Of a DNA stretch of 64,000 bases, positions 55,972 through 64,000 are shown piece after piece; the stretch's first letter is position 1; each line of letters starts with the position of its first letter. The position numbers and the translations under genes were made by a program. The DNA is taken from the NCBI GenBank assembly GCA_963734495.1, contig CAVTHK010000013.1, positions 96,001 through 160,000 of the forward strand, in the 5' to 3' direction. This DNA comes from an uncultured Spirochaetota bacterium (GTDB taxonomy: Bacteria; Spirochaetota; Spirochaetia; SZUA-6; CAVTHK01). The notes under the pieces were generated by a model, which saw only the letters and a program-made list of their open reading frames with translations, ran no database searches and was not told the DNA's origin.

Positions 55972-56310
55972 GGACAAGGAGGTCCTTGCCCGGGCGCGAC
56001 AGGCGCTTTGGCCCGGCGTACTCGCGGGGATGTCGAAGCGCCGGGCTGGAACATGCGCTTTGGCCCGCGTACTCGCGGGGGAAGTTCTTGCCCGGCACAG
56101 CCACGCGCCCTGGTCCGGCGTCTGCGCCGGAGATGGCGTTAGTGCCGGGCTGGGACAAGGAGGTCCCCGAAGGCCCAAGCCCGCGATGCGGGGTTGGGTT
56201 GCCCCCGTAGGCCCACGCGTACTCGCGTGGGGTGGCGCGACAGGCGCTTTGGCCCGGCGTACTCGCCGGGGATGTCGAAGCGCCCGGGCTGGGACACGGA
56301 CAAGGCGGCC
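55972..56310. repeat. Second cluster of GCG-TACT-CGC hairpins with a ~57-bp direct repeat
   Basis: GCGTACTCGC at 56016, 56067, 56217, 56257; GCGCGACAGGCGCTTTGGCCCGGCGTACTCGC..GGGGATGTCGAAGCGCC..GGGCTGG at ~55994 and ~56235. Confidence 0.85.
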
Positions 56311-56333
56311 CGCCGGGCGCGGCGGCGACCGCG

Positions 56334-58782
56334 TCAGGCGGTGCCGTCGGTGTCACGGACGTAGCGCAGGACGAGATAGCGCAGGGCGTCGTCGTCGAGC
56401 TTGAGAGGCCCGCCGCAGGCGACGCACCGCATCCGGCCGTCGGCCACCGCCTGGGACGCGCACCCGATGCAATAGACGCGGCCGCAGGCGGTACAGCGGC
56501 CGGCCGGGCAGTCGGCCGGCGGCTCGCCGCGCAGCCGCAGGGTCGGCTGAGGCGGGACCTGCCTGGGCAGCCACCAGGAGCGGCCGCACCCGGCGCAGGA
56601 GATCTCCGTCTCCCACCCCTCCCGGATGCGCTCCCTGACCCGCAGCGCCTTCTCGTTGCCGGGCTCTTCCTCCAGCAGGGTCGCGACGATCCCGCGGGCC
56701 CGCTCCACGTCGCCGCGCTCCAGGTAGAGCCTGGCGAGGTTCACCCGCAGGTCCGCGTTGCGGGGATCAAGCTCCAACCCCGCCTTGAGCGACAGCTCCG
56801 CGCGGCCCCGCTCGCCCTGCACCAGGGCGAGATGGGCGTTGAGGTTGTACACGTCCGGCGTGGGGCTCTGCTCGGTAAGCCAGCCCAGCAGCTCCTCCGC
56901 CCTGAGGACCATGTCCGTTTCGATGCAGACCGCGGCCAGGTTCCTGGCGATCTCGATGTTCGTGGCGTCAGCTTCGAGCGCTTTCTCGTAGTCCGCCAGA
57001 GCCGTGTCGAAATCGCGCGCAAGGACGGCCAGGTTGCCGCGCTGGTTGAGCAGCCGCGGGTCGTCAGGATGCCCTTCGAGGGCCTCCGCGAGCACGCGCT
57101 TCGCTTCGTCGAGCGACCCGCCGCGTGAGAGCGCCTCGGCGAGGTTCGCCGAGATGTCGGGCTCCGCGGGCAGGGACCGCAGGGCGGCGCGGAACGTCGC
57201 CTCGGCCTCGGCGACGCGCCCGCCGGCCAGCAGGAGCTGGCCCTGCAGGTTGTTGATCCAGGGGTCGTCGGGAGCCAGCGAGCGGGCCTCCGCGAGAGGG
57301 CCGCTGCAATCCTCGCCGAGAAGGTGGAGCGTCTCGGCGAGGCGGAAGCGGTACAGCGCGCTCGCCGGCTCCAGCTCGACCGCGCGCCGCAGCGGGGCGA
57401 GGGCCTCGCGCCGGGCGCCCCGGTCGATCAGCGCCATGCCGTAGAGGTAGCTCACGCCGCTGTCCTCGTACCCTTCGGCCGCGAGCTCCCTCAGCAGAGC
57501 CTCGGCCTCGCGCTTGCGGCCTTCGTGATAGTGCGCCTTGGCCTCCAGCGCGCGGGCCTCGGCGTCGGCTGGTTCGATGCGTCGGATCCTCGCCAGGACG
57601 GCGGAGAGGTCGTCGTACGCCTCCTGGCGGAAGAGCTCCCTCGCCGCCTCCCGGAAGAGGACCACCGCCTCCCGGTCGCGCCCGCGGGCGATGAGGGCGC
57701 GGCCTGCGTTCACGCGGTACAGCGGCATGTCAGGCTCGAGCTCGATCGCCTTGAAGTAGGCGGCCTCCGCGTCGTCGAAGCGGCCCAGCGCATGGCTCAC
57801 GTTGCCGGCAAGGTTCGCCATCGGCGAGCTCGCCGGGAAGCGCGGCAGGATCTGATGGAGGTGGGCGTCGGCCTCGGTCAGTCGGTTCAGGAGATAGAGG
57901 AGGTTCGCCTTCTCCTGAAGCGCCCCCTCGTGGCCTGGTTCCGCCTCCAGCGTCTTCTCGACGGCATCCAGGGCGTCGGCGTGCAGGCGCAGGCGCATCA
58001 GGCACTCGGCGAGGAGGAAGAGCTCCTCGGCCTTTCCGCGTCTCCCCCGCAGCGACCGGCGAAGCTGCACGACGGCCGCGGCGAACTGCTCCTGCCCGGC
58101 GAACGCCTGCGCAAGGGCGAGCCGATACTCGGGGTCGGCAGGCACGCGCTCCACCCACCTGAAGTACGCCTTCTCGACTTCCAGGGGTCTCGCCTCGAGC
58201 ACGAGGCTGTCCAGAGCAAAGAGCGCCCGGGGCTCTTCGTCGTAGTTCTGCGCGGCGAACCCGAATCGGCCGGCCCGGATGGTGTCGTCCTCGACCTCTC
58301 CGATCCAGTCGTCGTCGATGTAGAACGAGAAGTGGGCGCCGCGAGCGATCACCCGCAGCGGGTTGCCGGCAGCCGCGATCAGCGGATTCGCCACCCAGCC
58401 GATCAGCGGCGTCGGGTTCCCGTTGAAGACCAGGTCGAAGCGGAAGAAGCCGCGGTTGGAGACGAGAAAATAGTAGAAGTTCGAGTCATCGACGCAGCGC
58501 AGCACGAAACCGAGCGCCGAGTGACCGTGTCGCGGGATCGAACGAGGCGCGCGCCTCGATCAGCGAAATCGTCGAAGCGGAAGAGGCTGTTCGTGGTCCA
58601 TGCGAACAGGTTCTCGCGCTCGAGCAGCAGCGAGAAGCGGCCCCGCCCCGCCCGCGCGGTGTAGTCGGGCGTCTCCTGCTCCTCGAGGCGGCGCCGGTCG
58701 AGCCAGCGGAACGAGGTCCGCCAGTGCTCGCGGCCTATGGCCTGCGGGGTCGATGCGTCTTTCGAAACCACGGGAACAGCAT
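56334..58782 (-). CDS. Large TPR protein with an N-terminal beta-sandwich-like domain and a C-terminal Cys-rich domain; frameshifts near the 5' end
   Basis: Multiple TPRs (..A..L.P....); N-terminal FYYFLVS..GRFGFAAQ; C-terminal CAGC..CTAC..CIGC..CVAC. Confidence 0.8.
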
Positions 58783-59026
58783 GGGTGATCCGTAAACAGC
58801 CTGTCGGGCTCTCGCGCCGTCCGCACCGACCGCTTCGGCCGGCGCGGAGCGCCCGGCGTTCACGCCCGGGCCGAGACACACGGCGCTGCGGTCCGAACTG
58901 ACGCAGACGCGCGCGCGCCGACGCGGCGCGGGGCGCATTATAGCGGAGCCGCCGTGCGCGCGTCCACGCCGCAAGTCGATCCGCGGCGGGCGCCGCGCCG
59001 GCGGGGCTCGCCCGAGACGGCCGGCC

Positions 59027-60539
59027 TCACGGCGCCGGCTTGGTCTCGCTCTCCTTGTCGATGACGTCGTGGGCGCCGCCCTCGCGAAGGCTGGTGGCGG
59101 AGATCACGGTGAGGCGGGCCTTTTTCTGGAGCTCCGCGATCGTGAGGGCGCCGCAGTTGCACATCGTCGAGCGGATCTTGCGCAGCGTGAGCTCGACGTT
59201 GTCCTTGAGCTTGCCCGCGTACGGGATGTAGACGTCGACGCCCTCCTCGAACGCGAGGCGGCCCTCCGTCTCGTCGCCCTCGTCGTAGCGCTGCCAGTTG
59301 CGGGCGCGGTTCGAGCCTTCGCCCCAGTACTCCTTTACGAATCCGCCCTGCACGCGCAGCCTGCGTCCCGGCGCCTCGTCGAATCGCGCGAAGTAGCGGC
59401 CCATCATCACGAAGTCGGCGCCCATCGCCAGCGCCAGCGCGATGTGGTAGTCCAGCACGATGCCGCCGTCGGAGCAGATCGGGACATACCAGCCGGTCTC
59501 CCGGAGGTAGGCGTCGCGCTCGCGAGCCACTTCGATGACCGCCGAGGCCTGGCCGCGGCCGATTCCCTTCTGCTCGCGTGTGATGCAGATCGAGCCGCCC
59601 GCCGATGCCGACCTTGACGAAGTCCGCGCCCGCCTCGACGAGGTAGCGGAAGCCCTCGCCGTCCACGACGTTGCCGGCGCCGACCGGGAGGCCGAACTTC
59701 TCCTTGACGAACCGGATCGTCTCCGCCTGCCACTCGGAGTAGCCGTCCGAGGAGTCGATGCACAGGACGTCGACGCCCGCCTCGACCAGCGCGGGCACCC
59801 GGTCGCGGTAGTCGTGCGTGTTGATCCCGGCGCCGACGAGCAGGCGCTTTTCGGCGTCGACCAGCTCGTTCGGGTTCTGCCTTGTGCGTATCGTAGTCCT
59901 GGCGGAACACGAGGTAGCACAGGCGCTGGTGCTGGTCGATGATCGGAAGCGTGTTGAGCTTGTGCTTCCAGATGAGATCGTTGGCCTCGCTCAAGCTGAT
60001 GCCCTCGTTGCCGCAGACGAGGCGTTCGAACGGCGTCATGAGCTCGGACACCGGGCGTGTCGAGGCTCATCTTGTCGGCGCGGTAGTCGCGTCCCGTGAG
60101 GATCCCGAGGAGACGGCCGGTCGGCGTTCCGTCCTTCGTGACGGCCATGGTGGTGTGGCTCGTCCTTCGGGCGAGCGCGAGCACGTCGCGCAGGGTGTCT
60201 TCGGGCCTGATGTTGGAGTCGCTGCGCACGAAGCCGGCCTTGAAGCTCTTGACGCGCTGCACCATGTCCGCCTGCGCCTCGATGGGCTGCGACTGGTAGA
60301 TGAACGCGAGGCCGCCGCAGCGGGCCAGCGCGATGCGCCAGGCTGTGGTCCGAGACCGCCTGCATGATCGCCGAGGTCAGGGGCACGTTCAGGTGCAGCC
60401 GGGGTGACTCTCCCTGGCGGAACCTCGCGAGCGGAGTCGCGAGCGCGACGTTCTCCGGCAGGCAGACCTTGGTGGTCAGGTTCGGGAGCAGCAGGTACTC
60501 GCTGAACGTCCTCGACACTTCCGGTGTGTACGTGGCCAT
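59027..60539 (-). CDS. guaB: IMP dehydrogenase with CBS subdomain, frameshifted
   Basis: [74 protein letters not shown]. Confidence 0.93.
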
Positions 60540-60540
60540 G

Positions 60541-61788
60541 TCACCCTCCTCCGGTCTTCGCCCGCGCGCGCTTGACGGGGGCGCCCGAGGCGCGCGGCTG
60601 CGCCCGCGCCCGCCGGCGCCCGTGGCGCGCCCGAGGCCCCCGACGCGCCGCGCAGGCTCGCGTATTTGCGCCGGATGCGCTCGAGGCTGCTCGCCACCAG
60701 CGCCTCCGCCTCGTCCACCTTGTAGCGGTCCGACGGCACCCACTGCCGCGTCCTCAGGCGATAGGGCCGCAGCCCTGCCCGCATCTCGTCCAGCGTGCAG
60801 AACAGCGAGTCGGGCTCCGGCCTGCCGACCCATGCCTCGCCGAGGTTGCGCTCCAGCGCCGCGAACCAGTGCACGTACTGCTCGATGCGATCCTCGTCGA
60901 AGTAGCCGACGGGCCCGAGCAGCTCGAGCAGCCGCTGCAGCTTCTCGCTGCGCAGGTAGCGGTGGTAGTGGGCGACGTACAGGCTCTCGGAGACGAAGAG
61001 CGGGCTCCCCCGGACCGACAGGCCCTTGCGCCGGACCGTGGAGCCGGTCTGCACGATCTCGATGCCCACGCCCTGGCCGGCGCCGAGCACCTCGTCCTCG
61101 ACGTTCGCGCAGGGCACCGTGTTCATCCCCGGGAAACAGCTTGCGGACGAGCTCGTCGTAGCGGCCCTTGACGAAGACCGGCATCCGGTGCCTGGCGAGC
61201 CACCGGAAGTCCAGGTCCGCGCGCTGGAGGCCCGGCCCCGAGATGAGAAAGAAGCCGACAAAGTCGCTGATCTCGCGGCCCGCCTGCGCGTCGTGCGCCG
61301 ACAGCCCGGCCGAGCCGGCGATGCGCAGGTCGGTGTCGCCGACGAGGTTGTAGTTGTAGAGGCCCCACTTCGTCACGCGGCTCGGGTCGCGGAGGAACGG
61401 CTGGCACATGGCCAGCAGCTCGTCCAGCCCGACCACGGCAAAGTCGGCCTCGTCGAGCCTGATCAGCGACGAGCCGTTGTGAGGCTCGTCGCCTTCGAGC
61501 CGCAGGCGGATGCCCTGAACGTCGATGTCCATGCCGACGAACCCGATGCGATAGGGACGGTCCGGCCTCTTGCGGTCGGGCGCGATTCCCGACGTACGGG
61601 CAGTCCGCGGCAGCGAGCGCGCGGCTCGCCTCCGCGGGGTCCGCCGATGCCAGATCGCGAGCGCCGGCCACGACCTCCAGGACGCGCTCGATCCCGCGCG
61701 GATCCGTCGCCACTCGCGCGAAGCGCCGCAGGACGCGGACGAACGAGCGCCCCCAGCGCGGGATCACGCACGCGACGTCATGCGCCAC
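60541..61788 (-). CDS. Divergent ATP phosphoribosyltransferase (HisG)-like protein with a C-terminal extension, frameshifted; end approximate
   Basis: CVIPRWGRS (cf. IALPKGRL), EADFAVVGLDEL (cf. ADLGIVGKDVL), VE-x12-EIVQTGSTVRRKGL (cf. VE-x12-DIVETGTTLRENGL), SESLYVAH; AGGAGG SD before GTG. Confidence 0.65.
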
Positions 61789-62368
61789 CGAGCGCCTCCT
61801 TGAGGTACGGCCGCGTCGCCATCTCGGCGAGGTCGAGCTCGGCGAAGAGATCAAGGGGAAGGCCGGCGTCCGAGAGGACACGCCCGAGCAGGCCGAACAC
61901 GTTCTCCGCGATGGGCTCCGAAGCCGCGGAATGCGCCTGCTCCCCGACGGAAACCGCGCGCGCGCCCGCTTTCGCGCCGCTGCGCAGCGCGGCCTCCAGG
62001 TCGCCCGCGTCCGGCACCCGACCCGCCGCGAGCTCGCTCACGATCCACCAGTAGGAGACCTGGCTCGCTTCGAGCAGCAGGTCGGCCAGCCGGACCTCGA
62101 GCCCGCGCTCCGCGAGCAGGCCTCGGGCCAGGCCGCTCTTGTCCGCAAGGTGAGAGTGGGTGCCGCCGAGCACGGCGACCAGCTCGCCGATTTCGTCGCG
62201 CAGCCGGGCCAGCGGGAGCGACGCGTCCGAGGAGCGGATCAATGCAGCCGTGCGTGATTTCTCTGTCGGGACCGAACGAGATAGAGCCTGGTATGCTGAC
62301 ACGAGGCGCTGAAGGGCCGCCATCGGAAAGGAATCTGCAGCGGGGGACGATGCGAGCTCGGCACCCAT
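61778..62368 (-). CDS. HisE-like (all-alpha NTP pyrophosphohydrolase) protein
   Basis: KSRTAALI..LARLRDEIGELVAV...LLLEASQVSYWWIV (cf. HisE SYTA.L..KVGEEAVE...EAADLLYHLLV). Confidence 0.55.
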   Translation of the reverse strand: MGAELASSPAADSFPMAALQRLVSAYQALSRSVPTEKSRTAALIRSSDASLPLARLRDEIGELVAVLGGTHSHLADKSGLARGLLAERGLEVRLADLLLEASQVSYWWIVSELAAGRVPDAGDLEAALRSGAKAGARAVSVGEQAHSAASEPIAENVFGLLGRVLSDAGLPLDLFAELDLAEMATRPYLKEALGGA

Positions 62369-62484
62369 AGAAGCGAATACCACGGGAGCACGGAGTCAGT
62401 CAAGACAACCACGGCCCCCCGGCCCCCCAAAGGCACCCGCGCCGTGGACAAACGCCCGACGCGGCGATACCCTCGGGCAACCTT

Positions 62485-63340
62485 ATGAGCACCGTCGCCG
62501 TGCCCGCCGCGCTGCTCTGGCTCGTGCCCTTTGCCGCGGGGCTGATCGCCCTGCTCATGCTCGTGGCCTTCCGGCGGCGGCAGGCGGAGCTCCGCCTGCC
62601 GTCGGACCTCGTCGCGCGGATCGCGGAGATCGACACGCTCGCCCGCAACCTGAACGATCTGTCGCGGACGCTGCTCCTGCCCCAGAGCCGCGGCGCGCTC
62701 GGCGAGACCATGCTCGCCGCGGTCCTCTCGAACTGGCTGCCGCGCCGCTCCTTCGAGCTGCAGCATGCCTTTCGCGACGGCGGCCGGGTCGACGCCGTCG
62801 TGCGCCTGGCCGACCGCCTGGTCCCGATCGACTCCAAGTTCCCGCTCGAGGCGCTCCGCGAAGAGCTCCTCGGCCCGCAGGCGCAATCGCCGGATCTCGC
62901 CCGAAGCGCGCCGCGCGATCTCCCGCACGATCGCCGACATCGCCGCCCGCTACATCCGGCCGGCCGAAGGCACCTACGACTTCGCCCTGATGTACGTGGC
63001 GTCCGAGGCGGTCTTCTACCACGCGTTCGTGGCGGCAGACGGCGCGGACGAGCTCGCGCGCGCCGCGCTTTCCGCGCGCGTCATCCCCGTGAGCCCTTCG
63101 AGCCTCTTCCTCTATCTTCAGACCGTCGCGCACGGATTGCGCGGGTTTCTTCTCTCCGCGGACCAGAGGCGCCTCGCGGTGCTGCTCGAGGAGCTGCAGC
63201 GCGACCTGACGGCCCTGGCGCGCGCCCACGCGACGCTCGGCGGCCACCTCCGCAACGCCGCCCGCTCCTACGAGGAGAGCCTCGCCCCGTTAGGCGGCCT
63301 CGACCGGGCGGTGAGCCGGATCACGCGGCCGGAGGACTGA
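62485..63340 (+). CDS. rmuC: DNA recombination protein RmuC family, short form, frameshifted
   Basis: QSRGALGETML, VDAVVRL, PIDSKFPL, YIRPAEGTYDFALMYVASEAV, VIPVSPSSL. Confidence 0.85.
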
Positions 63341-63362
63341 GTGCGGCGCGCCCCGCGGCGCC

Positions 63363-64000
63363 CTAACGGCCGGCCGCGATGCGGTCCAGGGACGCGAGCA
63401 GGGGCAGGTGGTCGGAGTAGCGCCACACGAGCGCCCGGTCCTTGAGCGGGAATCCGGTGCGCGGGTCCAGCATGAACGAGTGGCGGACCGCGGCGAACGA
63501 CCCCTTCCTGTACGCGAGCCCCGCCCGGTCGAAGAGCCCCGCGGACAGCAGCAGGTGATCCGGTGTCTGCCACGCGCCCCGGTAGACGGCGCTTCCCCGC
63601 GCGGACGGCGGGAGCTCGTTCCAGGCGTCGTACAGCGACACGCGGCCGCCGTCGACGCCGGCCCGCGCGGGCGCATCCACGCCGACCAGCGGCCGCTCGC
63701 GCGCCGCTGCAGCCAGCTCCTCCACGCTCTCGTTCAGGTCCCCGGCCACCACCACGTCGCGGCCGGGCTTGTCCGCCAGCAGGCCGCGCACCCGGCGCGC
63801 CACGGCCCGGGCCGCGGCGTCGCGGCCGGGCTGCGTGATGCCTTGACCTTCCATCCTTGATTTCCAGTGAACGACGAGCAGGACGAGGGGCGCGCCATGG
63901 CAGTCGACCTCGACCTCGAGAGCCGGCCGGAGCTTCTCGCCCGCCCACTCGCCGCAGTCGAGCGTTCCCGCACGGAGTATCGGCAGCCGGCTCGCCACGC
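63363..64000 (-). CDS. Endonuclease/exonuclease/phosphatase-family protein, 5' partial
   Basis: VVHWKSR, VVAGDLN, PDHLLLS, YSDHLPL. Confidence 0.85.
   Translation of the reverse strand, partial: VASRLPILRAGTLDCGEWAGEKLRPALEVEVDCHGAPLVLLVVHWKSRMEGQGITQPGRDAAARAVARRVRGLLADKPGRDVVVAGDLNESVEELAAAARERPLVGVDAPARAGVDGGRVSLYDAWNELPPSARGSAVYRGAWQTPDHLLLSAGLFDRAGLAYRKGSFAAVRHSFMLDPRTGFPLKDRALVWRYSDHLPLLASLDRIAAGR

Noticed and set aside
55972-56310. CRISPR array
   Set aside because: Repeats are irregular in length and spacing, there are no unique constant-length spacers, and no cas genes are nearby.
53987-56356. 789-aa RodZ ORF and N-terminal extensions of LolA (to 56178) and Eno (to 45753)
   Set aside because: The extensions run through GC-rich intergenic repeats (translating as PREYAG/PASTR) or shadow frames. 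The true starts have SD or promoter support.

Overview
High-GC bacterial chromosomal window, most consistent with an uncultured Spirochaetota lineage. The evidence is spirochaete-style 'FAGxQxEK/GGGQAEK' signal peptides, UPF0158, RodZ-LolA, and the small membrane gene-rplM-rpsI-recX arrangement. It holds about 70 mostly housekeeping genes: rnd, split transketolase, rpiA, ybaK, glnS, metA, mutS2, murI, rluD, yggS, a sugar ABC system, pdxS/pdxT, UvrD/PcrA, rplM/rpsI, recX, eno, oppABCDF, rodZ, lolA, guaB and rmuC. Many genes carry single-base frameshifts that look like long-read assembly indels, so several coordinates are reconstructed across frames. I saw no rRNA, tRNA, CRISPR array, integrase or transposase. 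Four observations stand out. (1) A coupled operon encodes an enlarged HisE-like protein, a highly divergent HisG-like phosphoribosyltransferase with an extended C-terminus, and IMP dehydrogenase. (2) An intergenic array of five GGA motifs, four in clear hairpin loops, on the minus strand at about 40.05-40.18 kb resembles a CsrA-sponge (CsrB/RsmZ-like) sRNA and sits next to a 10-bp inverted-repeat operator. (3) A second hairpin repeat family (GCG-TACT-CGC with covarying stems) occupies two intergenic regions. (4) Many genes show a leaderless-type promoter architecture.
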